Source: an uncultured virus (IMG/VR IMGVR_UViG_3300037466_001780)
Taxonomy: Duplodnaviria; Heunggongvirae; Uroviricota; Caudoviricetes
Virus record (IMG/VR): IMGVR_UViG_3300037466_001780
Reading direction: 5' to 3' (one strand)
Length of the DNA stretch: 64,000 bases
A program made the translations under genes and the position numbers. The notes beneath the pieces were generated by a model. The model saw only the letters and a list, made by a program, of their open reading frames with translations. It was not told the DNA's origin and ran no database searches. This document shows positions 46,360 through 55,936 of this stretch, piece after piece. Position 1 is the stretch's first letter, and the number at the start of each line of letters is the position of its first letter.

Positions 46360-46835
46360 AGGACGAGATACACAAGGCGCTGGATGCGGCAACGCCGGGG
46401 CCGTGGAAGATGATGGACGGCAGAGTGTACGGTTCTTCTACAACAGCCGTAGAACCGCTTGTGTGCGAATATGACAAGTTCAGCGAAAGGGACGTCAGAA
46501 ACGCCTACCTTATCGCCAACGCTCCCACATGGCTCCGCTTCCTGCTAGATGAAGTGGAACGGTTGACCGAATTGGAAAAGGACACGACGCGTCATTTAGG
46601 GGAAGAAATTGCTGGACTTGAATTTGAAATTCGTCATCTAAAAATTGAACGAAACGACTATCGTGCTGGATATCTGAACTATGAGAAGCATTGCGAATCC
46701 CTCCGCACCGAACTAGCCGCAAAGGATAAGGTGCTGGAATGGTATGCGGAATATTTGCAGGACGGTATAAAAGAAAACGGCGAACGCGCCCGTTCCATCC
46801 TATCCCAATACAAAGGAGAATCCCAAAGTGACTAA
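46356..46835 (+). CDS. Ead/Ea22-like protein
   Basis: ATPGPW...NAYLIANAP...LLDEVERL, coiled coil. Confidence 0.7.
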   Translation: MKDEIHKALDAATPGPWKMMDGRVYGSSTTAVEPLVCEYDKFSERDVRNAYLIANAPTWLRFLLDEVERLTELEKDTTRHLGEEIAGLEFEIRHLKIERNDYRAGYLNYEKHCESLRTELAAKDKVLEWYAEYLQDGIKENGERARSILSQYKGESQSD

Positions 46836-47976
46836 ATACCGCTTAGTAAGAGGAAGTGAGGTAAGCGACTTCCTTCGCTGCCGGAAACGCTGGAAGCACA
46901 AATGGGTCGATCATCTGAAGCCGAAACGCCCGGAAGGGAAGTTGTTCTTTGGGAACCTGTTTCATGTGTTTGCCGAGGAATACTACATGGCTAACGAACG
47001 CCGAGAAGAAATCGCTAAGGAATGGATGCGACACACGTTCGAAACTACTGACACTTCCCGCATGGCGCAGACTGAAATAGATGACCTTTGGGATTTAGCG
47101 GTTGGCGTAACGGACGGCTATGTGAAACAATGGGGCGAACGCGATAGGAATATTCGCGTAATTGCAACGGAATTTACGTTCGCTATCCCGCTGGCTAACG
47201 GTATCGCTTATACCGGAACTATTGATAAACTGTGGCTTGACGAGGAAGGGCGGCTATGGTTTGCTGATTACAAGACAACAGCCAGCATCGAAAAGTACAT
47301 TAAACGCGCTCCGATGGATCGCCAAATCAGCCGTTACTTTTGGGCATTAAAAGAACTTTGCGAGGGCAACGGCTATGTGTGGGATAATGAGGCATGGTGG
47401 CCCGTTGCAAATACGCCATACTGGAAGCAGCTTGGCGAAACCCGGCCCCACGGCTTCATTTATGACATCGTAATGCGGGATGTTCCGAGAAAGCCGGAAC
47501 TGCTGAAGAAGGGCGGGCTGTCGAAGGCCAAGAATCAAAAGACGACTTATCAAATTTATCTGGATACGATGGTCGAAAACGATCTTACAACACCGACTCC
47601 ACAAGGTTCGGTAAGTGTGCCCGAAGAATACGAGGAAATTCTTGCACACTTTAGGATGCAGGAAACGGAGCAAGGGAATGCCTTCTTCAGACGCATCCCG
47701 GTCTATCGGCAACCGGAAGAATTGGAAAGCGCGATTCAAGAGTTTTATGCGGTGGCTTACGAAATGGTTCATTACAAAACGCGGTTGGAGTCCGGAGTTA
47801 CGGCGCATCCCGATTACGATCCCATCTACCGCAACATCACCGACGATTGTTCATGGGACTGTTCCTTTCAGTCCATGTGCGTAGCGCAAATGGACGGCTC
47901 TTGGTACGCCGATATGGAAGAACTATTCTATGAGAAAGAAGAACCCGGAATGGAGTGGTTAGATGCTAACGGTTAG
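46828..47976 (+). CDS. PD-(D/E)XK exonuclease (Cas4/RecB-like)
   Basis: CRKRW, GNLFH, GTIDKL, ADYKT, QISRY and CSWDCSFQSMC motifs. Confidence 0.88.
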   Translation: MTKYRLVRGSEVSDFLRCRKRWKHKWVDHLKPKRPEGKLFFGNLFHVFAEEYYMANERREEIAKEWMRHTFETTDTSRMAQTEIDDLWDLAVGVTDGYVKQWGERDRNIRVIATEFTFAIPLANGIAYTGTIDKLWLDEEGRLWFADYKTTASIEKYIKRAPMDRQISRYFWALKELCEGNGYVWDNEAWWPVANTPYWKQLGETRPHGFIYDIVMRDVPRKPELLKKGGLSKAKNQKTTYQIYLDTMVENDLTTPTPQGSVSVPEEYEEILAHFRMQETEQGNAFFRRIPVYRQPEELESAIQEFYAVAYEMVHYKTRLESGVTAHPDYDPIYRNITDDCSWDCSFQSMCVAQMDGSWYADMEELFYEKEEPGMEWLDANG

Positions 47977-48193
47977 GTATCGAATCGTGACAACCGTTCG
48001 CCACCCTTCAGGCCATAAACAAGGGCTTCATAGTGAATTACTTTCTCAAGAACCGGATGAAACTGTTATTGAAAAAGAACTGTCCCGCATAACCGACATG
48101 TTAAAAGCGGGTCTAGATCGTTACCATGTGCTTTATGCTACTGTTGAAAAATTATACGTACAAGGAGAGTTAAAAGCATGGCATTCGTTGTAA
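47963..48193 (+). CDS. hypothetical protein
   Basis: fills the operon gap with overlaps at both ends. Confidence 0.55.
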   Translation: MLTVRYRIVTTVRHPSGHKQGLHSELLSQEPDETVIEKELSRITDMLKAGLDRYHVLYATVEKLYVQGELKAWHSL

Positions 48194-48960
48194 AGAAACC
48201 GGGGGACGAAGTTAAGCAAGAACGGCGCGGCTATTCAGCCGTCCTGTACGGCCCGCCGATGGTCGGAAAAACGACAACGCTGCACGATGACTCCGATTGG
48301 AGAGTTTGCCTAATCGATCTCGACAAAAACAGCACGACTGTCGAGGAATCCGAGAACGTCACAATTATCGGCGTGGATACATTCGATGAATACTTATCCG
48401 TCAAGCAAGGCGTCAACACCGGGACGTGGAAGTATCCGGGCGGCGAACTGAAGATGGACTTCGATATGTACGCCATCGACTCTTTTACGACGCTGGAAGA
48501 AAAGATTAAGCGGTATGTCGTCGAGAAGTACGCCCCGAACCGTCGCCGGGAGATTCAATCCAAGTTCGGCGCACAATCCGATTGGGGCGATTTGCAGGAT
48601 ATTGAGATTGGCGAAGTGCGAGATTGGCAGGCCATGACCAAGCGGGCCGTAAATCCGGTCAACGTGCTTTGGATCGGTCACGACAATATCGTGAAAAACG
48701 ACATGGGGCAGGCGTCGGCAACGGAACTTCTTTTGCAAGGCAACTATGCCGCCCCCCGGATTGCTTCAGCCGTTGACGCGATGTTCTACATGTTCAAGAT
48801 GGAAAAGGACGGCAAAATCGGCCGGGGCATTTACACGATCGACAAAGGAATTTACAAAGCCGACGCCCGGATTGCTATCGAGCGGAAAGGCGACATTCCG
48901 AGTGTTATTTGGTTCCCGAAATGGTCGAAAATTTTCCCTATGTTGGGCTACAAAAAGTAG
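48178..48960 (+). CDS. Sak4-like AAA_24 ssDNA annealing ATPase
   Basis: LYGPPMVGKTT, IDLD, AIDSFT, DWG and WIGH motifs. Confidence 0.85.
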   Translation: MAFVVKKPGDEVKQERRGYSAVLYGPPMVGKTTTLHDDSDWRVCLIDLDKNSTTVEESENVTIIGVDTFDEYLSVKQGVNTGTWKYPGGELKMDFDMYAIDSFTTLEEKIKRYVVEKYAPNRRREIQSKFGAQSDWGDLQDIEIGEVRDWQAMTKRAVNPVNVLWIGHDNIVKNDMGQASATELLLQGNYAAPRIASAVDAMFYMFKMEKDGKIGRGIYTIDKGIYKADARIAIERKGDIPSVIWFPKWSKIFPMLGYKK

Positions 48961-48990
48961 TTGCACGTTCTATATACCATGTGTTACGAT
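48961..48990 (+). promoter_or_regulatory. sigA promoter for SSB
   Basis: TTGCAC-18-TACGAT with CATGTG. Confidence 0.6.
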
Positions 48991-49021
48991 AAGGAAGCAA
49001 AATTAAAAGGAGGAAAAACGA

Positions 49022-49615
49022 ATGAGTTTTTTCACAACGGATCACAACGAAGCAGGAAACATGTTCGACCCGGTTGCGCCGGGCAAGTACGAGGCTGTAA
49101 TCACGCAAGCTGAAGTAACAGCAGCGAAGGAAAGCGGCAACCCGATGATTAAGGTCACGTACACGATCCGGTCGGACGTTGACCAGCGGTTCCAAAAGCG
49201 GAAGCTGTTCGACAACTATGTGGCATCTGAAAAGGCCATGTTCAAATTCCAGCAGGCCGCGAAAGCAATCGGTATGCCGCAAGGTTCGCAAGTCGGCTCC
49301 ATCGAAGAATTTGCGAAAATGATTCTATTCCGCGCCGTGAAAATTACGGTCGCCAACAAAAAGGAAGTCTATCAAGGCGAGGAACGTGTGAGAGATAACG
49401 TAACCTTCGTTGACGAGCCGAGCGTTCCATACAATGGCGGCAACGGCCCGGCTGTGAATCCGTTTGAAGTCCCGCCGGGCGTCGAAGACGAAACCCCGCC
49501 GTGGGAACAGGCTGAAGAAAAGCCGAAAGGCAAGGGCAAGAAAGGCAAGCAAGCCGATCCGTTCGCGGACGACGGCAAACCGATTGACATTTCGGATGAT
49601 GATTTGCCATTCTAA
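49022..49615 (+). CDS. single-stranded DNA-binding protein (DUF669)
   Basis: PGKYEAVI, SGNPMI and acidic DISDDDLPF tail. Confidence 0.88.
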   Translation: MSFFTTDHNEAGNMFDPVAPGKYEAVITQAEVTAAKESGNPMIKVTYTIRSDVDQRFQKRKLFDNYVASEKAMFKFQQAAKAIGMPQGSQVGSIEEFAKMILFRAVKITVANKKEVYQGEERVRDNVTFVDEPSVPYNGGNGPAVNPFEVPPGVEDETPPWEQAEEKPKGKGKKGKQADPFADDGKPIDISDDDLPF

Positions 49616-49628
49616 GGAGGATTAAACT

Positions 49629-49871
49629 GTGAATGTGAGAGAAAGAAAACGGCTTGTGGAAGTAAATGGGTTCCAAATTCGATTTGAGGATGCGCGCGGT
49701 CAGCGCGTCGAATTAAGTATCCAAAGGGATCACCACGCAGAACAAATCCTTCGCGGCCTCGTCCATAGCGGGTTCGAAGTTTCGATTAAAGAAGTCCCTA
49801 TGACGATTTCAGTGAACTACGACGAATGTTGTGAAGCACCGACAGCTTTAGTTAGACCGTGTAACGGTTGA
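49629..49871 (+). CDS. hypothetical protein
   Basis: AAGGAGG SD. Confidence 0.65.
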   Translation: MNVRERKRLVEVNGFQIRFEDARGQRVELSIQRDHHAEQILRGLVHSGFEVSIKEVPMTISVNYDECCEAPTALVRPCNG

Positions 49872-49924
49872 TCCGGGCAAAGCCCGTTCAATAAATTTAA
49901 ACCAAAATCTTAGGAGGAATCCCA

Positions 49925-50116
49925 ATGAACACGCAAGCAATCAAAGAGGCTATGAAAGAACTCGAAAAAGCAACGGCTGCTGTAATCCGCTTCGAAAAGA
50001 AAGCCAATGAAAAACTGGCTGAACTGGAAGCTGCCCGCGAGTCCGCCCGCGCTGCTTTGGTCGCTCTCGTAAACGGCGAAACTCCGGTTGCAGAAACCGA
50101 AGCCGAGTCTGCGTAA
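49925..50116 (+). CDS. small coiled-coil protein
   Basis: AGGAGG SD, Ala/Glu-rich. Confidence 0.7.
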   Translation: MNTQAIKEAMKELEKATAAVIRFEKKANEKLAELEAARESARAALVALVNGETPVAETEAESA

Positions 50117-50121
50117 TAAAG

Positions 50122-50140
50122 AAGGGGGTTCGCCCCCTTT
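50122..50140 (+). terminator. UUCG hairpin / weak terminator
   Basis: aaggggg-ttcg-ccccctt. Confidence 0.6.
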
Positions 50141-50219
50141 GGATAGGGTCGTCCAGAGGCGGCGACGTCCGCGACAATAGCCGTTCGAGTCGGCTATTCG
50201 ACTCTATCCAAAGCGGACG
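50139..50219 (+). ncRNA. candidate tRNA-like (T-loop) pseudoknotted leader of primase-helicase
   Basis: 13-bp stem 50139-50151/50199-50211; aatagccg-TTCGAGT-cggctatt; cgtccgc/gcggacg pairing. Confidence 0.55.
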
Positions 50220-50238
50220 AACATCGGGGGTGACAGTT

Positions 50239-53094
50239 TTGTATAGCGGTGAGTTTTTCGAAGTTTTCTTTTCCGAACGAGGCCCATTCGAAGCAAATAC
50301 ACAGGGCGAAGCCGTTGTACTTTGTCCCTTCCCTCATGATAAAGGATATGAAACCCGCCCTTCAGCGCATGTAAATGTCACGAAAGGGCTTTTTCATTGT
50401 AAAACGTGCCGGGCTGAAGGACGATTTAACGACGGCGGACTATCCGAAACCGCTTTCGTAGCCGAGTTTTTCGATGTTTCCTACGATAAAGCCATTCAAT
50501 TTATGGCAACTTTAGAGAAAGGAGACTCTAGCGAAAGCGAACTTTGGGAGAGAACTGAAGAAGGTTTGTGGGCTTACGCCGACGCCGTGCAATTTCTTCA
50601 GGAACAGCGCGGTTTAACCGAGGAAACGATCCGCAAGTATAGGCTCGGGTATCAGGGCGACGGCATTACATACCCGATCTTCATCTATGGCGAACTTTGT
50701 GACGTTCGAACCTACTTGCCGAACGAAACCCCGAAAATGCGGTCGAAGAAAGGTTCCTCCCCGCTGCTGTTCCCCTTTGATGCGTGGAGGGTTGATCATA
50801 GACCAACGCTCCTATGTGCCGGAGAAAACGATACCCTACTTGCCCGGCAACACGGCTACAACGCTCTTACGACAACCTCCGGGGAAGGGCAATTTCCAAA
50901 AATCTTTCTCAACCTCTTTCGGGATAAGGAAGTTTTCATTTGCTACGATTGCGACGACGCCGGGCGTAAAGGCTCACGTCGGGTAGCGTTCGCGCTTCAA
51001 GAGGCGGGTGCAAAAGTCCGGCTGGTCGATCTTCAGCTTGCCGGGACGAAAGAGGAAAAAGATGTAACCGACTTTTTCGTGAAACTGAAGAAAACGAAAG
51101 AGGACTTCGATGCGAGAATCGCAAGCGCGATCCTCTACGATTCCGAAATGGTTCTCGCAGACAAGAACGAGTTTTTCCCTCTCGTCGATTTGTGGGACGT
51201 ACCGGAAGGTCGCTATTACGGCAAGCGGGTTTCTTCTCGGGTTGTTCTTTCGGGTAAGTACGACGCAGCGATGCACACGCCGACGGCTATCGAGTGGAAG
51301 TGCAACGGCGGGAACTTCGATGTAGAGAAAAAGTCGCCGTGTTGGTCGTGCCGATTGAATCGGGAAGCAGAACCGAAACAGGGCTGGTGGATGCTGGACG
51401 ACACGAACCTAAAAGACATGATGAAAATCGTCGATGTGACGGAAGAACAGCAGACGAAAAACATCAATTCCATTTTGGGCCGCCCGGCCAAGTGCCCGAA
51501 CGGTTCGTGGACGATCCGGGCAAGACAAGTCGTATATAAGGTGGTGTTCACGCCGGATGTTGAATCAGAATCCGCGTTGGACAGTTTCAGGGCAGTTGAA
51601 CAGTATGCATACACCATTGGGCTCAACCTCGAAGATGGGAGTCGTTATCGTGCGTTCTTCAGGCCGTATGCTCACCCACTCGACGGACAACGGGTATTTA
51701 TGGTTGTTGATCGAGTGGAAGACTCCGACAATGCAATCAATACGTTTCAAGTCACATCCGAAATCGTAGAGCAGCTAAAAATATTTCAGGGCGATCCCAC
51801 GGAAATGATGAAACTCCGGGCTGAAATGGCAAAGGATATTATCGGCCCGTTCGCGCCGGAAATGGCGGTTTATGCGGTCGATTTAATGTACCATAGCCCA
51901 ATGCGGTTCAAGTGGCGCGGTAAGGAAATGAAAGGCTATCCGGAAGGGTTGGTTATCGGCGACACCCGAACAGGCAAGTCAGATACCGCTATACATTTAC
52001 AGAAATACTACGGTATCGGGAATTTTACTTCCGTTAAGCGAGCAACAACGGCGGGGCTGCTTGGAGGTGCAGATAAACTACCGAGCGGCGGCTTTAAGGT
52101 TACATGGGGAACGATCCCTCGGAACAACAAATCCCTTGTCGTGCTGGATGAAATGTCGGATTGTGGACTGGACGTAATCGCGTCCCTCACCGATATGCGT
52201 TCTTCAGGCATCGCCACGGTGAACAAAATTGCCAAAGGCAAAGCCCCGGCCCATACTCGGCTGCTGTGGATTAGTAACCCACGGAAGGATAACAGCGGTC
52301 ACAATATGTCGGTTGCCGACTACCCAACAGGCGTTAATATCGTGTCCGATCTCGTCGGCGCGACTGAAGATATTGCCCGGTTCGACTTCATTATGCTGAT
52401 CCCCGAAGGGCGTATTATCTCTCCGAATGAGGAAGCACCGATTAAGGCACACGATGCGTTGCTTTACAAGCAACTCATATATTGGGTTTGGAGCCGGACG
52501 GCCGATCAAATCGTATGGGATAAAGGGGTGGAGGACTATGTTTGGCAAGTCAGCCAAGAACTTAATGAAAAGTACAACACGGATATTAAGTTTTTTGGGG
52601 CTGAAGCGTGGAAGAAGTTGGCTCGTATTTCTGTCGCTGTGGCTGCTTGTTGTTTCTCTTGTGACGATAAAGGGAACGCCGTCGTGGTTAATAAATCTCA
52701 CGTCGATTGGGCTTGTGGTTTCTTACGTTCATGCTATGACAACAGCGTTTTCCAGCTTGCCGAATACGTCCGAGATAAAAAAGTCTACAACGAAACGAAC
52801 GGGCCAGTAAACGCCATCGTTGCCGGAATGTGCCGGAGCCATCCGAATGTGATCCGGCTGTTCCTTAGCACGACAGGTGCGGTTCCGAAGTACAATCTTC
52901 AGGCGGTTTCCGGGCTGGACAACAACGACATCAATGGCCTTATTTCAGACATGACGACCAACTACCTCATTACCGTTGATTCGAACGGGTTCAAGGCTAC
53001 GCGCAGACTGAAGAAAGCCGTTCAAGCGTACCGGGAAGAATACGGTCAATCGAAGATGATCCCATTAAGCGAACAGGGAGGTTTGCCAGTGTGA
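50239..53094 (+). CDS. zinc-finger/Toprim primase fused to MCM-family helicase
   Basis: CPFPH...HCKTC, LCAGEND, CYDCDDAG and KDVTD; then C4 Zn finger, GDTRTGKS, ATTAGL, VLDEM, ISNP and ARFD; probable TTG start after GGGGGTG. Confidence 0.88.
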   Translation: MYSGEFFEVFFSERGPFEANTQGEAVVLCPFPHDKGYETRPSAHVNVTKGLFHCKTCRAEGRFNDGGLSETAFVAEFFDVSYDKAIQFMATLEKGDSSESELWERTEEGLWAYADAVQFLQEQRGLTEETIRKYRLGYQGDGITYPIFIYGELCDVRTYLPNETPKMRSKKGSSPLLFPFDAWRVDHRPTLLCAGENDTLLARQHGYNALTTTSGEGQFPKIFLNLFRDKEVFICYDCDDAGRKGSRRVAFALQEAGAKVRLVDLQLAGTKEEKDVTDFFVKLKKTKEDFDARIASAILYDSEMVLADKNEFFPLVDLWDVPEGRYYGKRVSSRVVLSGKYDAAMHTPTAIEWKCNGGNFDVEKKSPCWSCRLNREAEPKQGWWMLDDTNLKDMMKIVDVTEEQQTKNINSILGRPAKCPNGSWTIRARQVVYKVVFTPDVESESALDSFRAVEQYAYTIGLNLEDGSRYRAFFRPYAHPLDGQRVFMVVDRVEDSDNAINTFQVTSEIVEQLKIFQGDPTEMMKLRAEMAKDIIGPFAPEMAVYAVDLMYHSPMRFKWRGKEMKGYPEGLVIGDTRTGKSDTAIHLQKYYGIGNFTSVKRATTAGLLGGADKLPSGGFKVTWGTIPRNNKSLVVLDEMSDCGLDVIASLTDMRSSGIATVNKIAKGKAPAHTRLLWISNPRKDNSGHNMSVADYPTGVNIVSDLVGATEDIARFDFIMLIPEGRIISPNEEAPIKAHDALLYKQLIYWVWSRTADQIVWDKGVEDYVWQVSQELNEKYNTDIKFFGAEAWKKLARISVAVAACCFSCDDKGNAVVVNKSHVDWACGFLRSCYDNSVFQLAEYVRDKKVYNETNGPVNAIVAGMCRSHPNVIRLFLSTTGAVPKYNLQAVSGLDNNDINGLISDMTTNYLITVDSNGFKATRRLKKAVQAYREEYGQSKMIPLSEQGGLPV

Positions 53095-55205
53095 ATTTAA
53101 CAATCGGCGGGGCGACGTATTCTGTTGAGTATGTCGAGGATTTAAAATCTGTTCGGGTGAATGGTGAACCGTGGTGTGTGTACGACGTGGAAACGGACGG
53201 CCTTCATATTAAGAAAGCACGTCCGTTTCTCGCTGCTTTGTTGTTGGGTAGCCGTGTGTTTGTGTTTCCGACGACGAAGGAAACTGCCAAGCAGCTACTT
53301 CCCATTATTAACGAAGTCGGAATGCTTTATAACCACAACATCAATTTTGACATGCACATGACGGCCAACATCGCGGAAGATGACGAATGGCCTCTCCGCA
53401 TCAAACGATACGGTGATACGATGGGGATGTGCCGTTTGACGTTCGAAGCCATCAGCGAACGCGACGGCGGGGATTCCCTGAAACTGAAAGCCATCGGCAA
53501 GAAATACATCGATCCGAACGCCGGAGTACACGAAAAGCACGTAAAAAGATGGATTGACGACAAAGAAAAAGCGGATCGGAAATTGCTCGTCGCTATGCTG
53601 CGGAATCTTGGCTGGACGATGAAGCGGTTCGAAACAGCCCTAAACGATGGATCGGAGCCGATTCCGGAACATATTATGAATACGTTTCAGCTTTGGCGCA
53701 CGACATACCCGAAGCCGGGGTATCAAGATGTTCCGATGGAGATCATGCTTCCTTACGTTGCAACGGATGTTTGTTTGGTCGATCAACTGGTGAGGAAAGC
53801 CCTTCCGGTTGTGGCTTACAAAAAGCAACAGCACATCATGGAACAGGAGTGGGACTTGTTACCTCATGTCTATGAAATGGAACGGCAAGGTATTCCAGTT
53901 GACCGGGAGTATTTGATGGACGCCCGCGAAAAATTGGAAAATTACATCGAAGAATTGAAGAACGATATGCACGAATTAGCAGGCCGGGAGTTCAAAGTCG
54001 GTCAACATCAAGTCATCAAGGACATCTATGAAGAAAAACTCGGGGAACGCCCTGAATCGACCGACAAAAAGTTTTTGAAATCGCAAGGCGAGGAAGATAA
54101 ACTTGCCAAAACGATTACTACGCTTCGCCGTTTGGAAAAGTGGCTAAAAACATACATCGACCGAATATTAACAGTATCCGAATACGACGGCAAATTCTAC
54201 ACGTCGATGAATCAATTCAACCCTGTGTCCGGCCGCTTCTCCGGAGACGCGCAACAATTCCCCAAAGACCCCATTTACACAAGGCTTGGCGACAAACTGA
54301 AGAAAGAAGAAAAGCCCATACCCGACGAAGAAATTCTGTATCACCCACGCCGGGCGTTCAAAATGCGCGGGTACTACCTTGATTTCAGCCAAGTCGAATT
54401 GCGGGTACAGGGCCACTACACCATGTATCTCGGGGGCGACGTTAATCTCTGCCGGGCGTATATGCCGTTCAAGTGCGCTCATTTCGAAACCGGAGAAATT
54501 TACGACTATTCAACGGTTGAAGGTCGTGCCCGTTGGTCTGAAAAGAACGGCGATGCTTCAGCTTGGATCGTGCCGGAAACCGGAAAGCCGTGGGTTCCGA
54601 CCGACGTTCACACCATGACTACGCTGAAAGCCCTTCGCATCATGGGGTACGTGCCTGAAGAAATGGACGCAAAAACGATTAAATGGTGGCGAAATAAGGG
54701 CAAAACGTTTAATTTTATGCGGAATTACGGCGGCGGCGATGCGATGGCAGCGGAAACGCTGGACATTACGCTCGATCAAGCAAAAGCCATGAACCGAGGC
54801 TATACCGATGCGTTCCCGAAGGTCGTCGATTATCAGAATATGGTGGTCAAGGCGATGCACAAAAAGGGTTACGTCGAAAACATGTCCGGCCGTCGTTATT
54901 ACCTTTCCGAGCATTGGAAGTTTTACAAGGTCGCCAACTATCTGATTCAAGGCTCCTGTGCCGATGATCTGAAGAAGAAAATGGTTCAGATCGCTCGGTT
55001 TATCAAGGAAAATAAACTCAGTATGCGGATGGTTCTTTGCGTTCACGACGAAATACAGTTCATGGTCAACGATCCTGCCGAGGATTGGGCCATTTCACAT
55101 ATAAAAGCGATGATGGAAGATTGCCCGGACATCATGGTTCCGATTGTCGCAGAAGTCGAATTTAGTGAATCCTACTGGTCGGAAAAGGAGAAGGTGCATG
55201 TATGA
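53091..55205 (+). CDS. polA: family A DNA polymerase with 3'-5' exonuclease
   Basis: YDVETDG, HNINFD, SGRFS, LDFSQVELRV, KTFNFMRNYG, NYLIQGS and VHDE motifs. Confidence 0.93.
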   Translation: MNLTIGGATYSVEYVEDLKSVRVNGEPWCVYDVETDGLHIKKARPFLAALLLGSRVFVFPTTKETAKQLLPIINEVGMLYNHNINFDMHMTANIAEDDEWPLRIKRYGDTMGMCRLTFEAISERDGGDSLKLKAIGKKYIDPNAGVHEKHVKRWIDDKEKADRKLLVAMLRNLGWTMKRFETALNDGSEPIPEHIMNTFQLWRTTYPKPGYQDVPMEIMLPYVATDVCLVDQLVRKALPVVAYKKQQHIMEQEWDLLPHVYEMERQGIPVDREYLMDAREKLENYIEELKNDMHELAGREFKVGQHQVIKDIYEEKLGERPESTDKKFLKSQGEEDKLAKTITTLRRLEKWLKTYIDRILTVSEYDGKFYTSMNQFNPVSGRFSGDAQQFPKDPIYTRLGDKLKKEEKPIPDEEILYHPRRAFKMRGYYLDFSQVELRVQGHYTMYLGGDVNLCRAYMPFKCAHFETGEIYDYSTVEGRARWSEKNGDASAWIVPETGKPWVPTDVHTMTTLKALRIMGYVPEEMDAKTIKWWRNKGKTFNFMRNYGGGDAMAAETLDITLDQAKAMNRGYTDAFPKVVDYQNMVVKAMHKKGYVENMSGRRYYLSEHWKFYKVANYLIQGSCADDLKKKMVQIARFIKENKLSMRMVLCVHDEIQFMVNDPAEDWAISHIKAMMEDCPDIMVPIVAEVEFSESYWSEKEKVHV

Positions 55206-55528
55206 ATTTCAGCGATTTTCAGAAAATGTCGATGCGAACGATCCCGAAACAAACGCCTCACAAAGATTTACTCGCCAACTTTGCGCTCGGTATGATCGGG
55301 GAAGCTGCTGAAGTAACCGAGCCGATTAAGAAATTCGTTTATCACGGACATGATCTCGACTTGCCGAACATCAAAAAGGAGATTGGCGATGTGCTATTCT
55401 ATCTTGCGGGACTGGCAACGCTTACGGGGCTTGACCTCGGGGATATTGCGAAAGCCAACATCGAGAAGTTGAAAGCCCGCTATCCGGACGGATTCGATTC
55501 GCTGAAAAGCGTGAATCGGGAGGCGTAA
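55202..55528 (+). CDS. MazG-like nucleotide pyrophosphohydrolase
   Basis: LGMIGEAAEV, KEIGDVLFY and NIEKLKARYPDGF motifs. Confidence 0.9.
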   Translation: MNFSDFQKMSMRTIPKQTPHKDLLANFALGMIGEAAEVTEPIKKFVYHGHDLDLPNIKKEIGDVLFYLAGLATLTGLDLGDIAKANIEKLKARYPDGFDSLKSVNREA

Positions 55529-55530
55529 GC

Positions 55531-55911
55531 ATGAAAAGACTCGCGATTATTATCGTGCTAATTCTTTTGACCGCATGTTCGGAAGCGGACACGGTTTCAA
55601 GTAACATTTCAAAGGCCGCAGACTCGTTTGAAGTGCAACGGAGAGTTGTCTTTTTCAATGGTATAACGGATAAATATTTGCTCGAAATTGAAGGGTTGTG
55701 TTCTCTTGGGAATAACGATGATCCGGGGGAATTGACTGTTACTTGTAAAGTAAGTCCGACTGAATATAAGAAACATTTTCTTGGATTAAGTGACAACGTC
55801 AGTTATTTTGTAGAGCAAACCGACGCTGTTAATGCAGACCCATTTCATTATCGCGTACTGTTCCGTCCTGAATCCATCGTACCCGATATAGATTTGCAGA
55901 CAAGCAAATAA
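55531..55911 (+). CDS. conserved phage beta-sandwich lipoprotein
   Basis: LTAC lipobox; FEVQRRVVFFNGITD and KHFLGLSDNV motifs. Confidence 0.85.
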   Translation: MKRLAIIIVLILLTACSEADTVSSNISKAADSFEVQRRVVFFNGITDKYLLEIEGLCSLGNNDDPGELTVTCKVSPTEYKKHFLGLSDNVSYFVEQTDAVNADPFHYRVLFRPESIVPDIDLQTSK

Positions 55912-55936
55912 AAAGGACGCCTAAATAACGGCGTCC
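55910..55936. terminator. terminator between convergent units
   Basis: ggacgcc-taaataac-ggcgtcc with an A tract on the left. Confidence 0.6.

Noticed and set aside
46828..47976. Cas4-like nuclease as a sign of CRISPR-Cas
   Set aside because: No repeat-spacer array or other cas genes; it sits with Sak4 and SSB as a standard phage recombination module
50141..50212. Canonical tRNA gene
   Set aside because: T-loop and D-like arm present but no anticodon stem-loop, and extra bases lie between T arm and acceptor; kept only as a tRNA-like structure
54700..54735. PolA motif B residue (Phe at the E. coli 762-equivalent) as a lifestyle marker
   Set aside because: Wild-type residue and only a weak correlate; uninformative here
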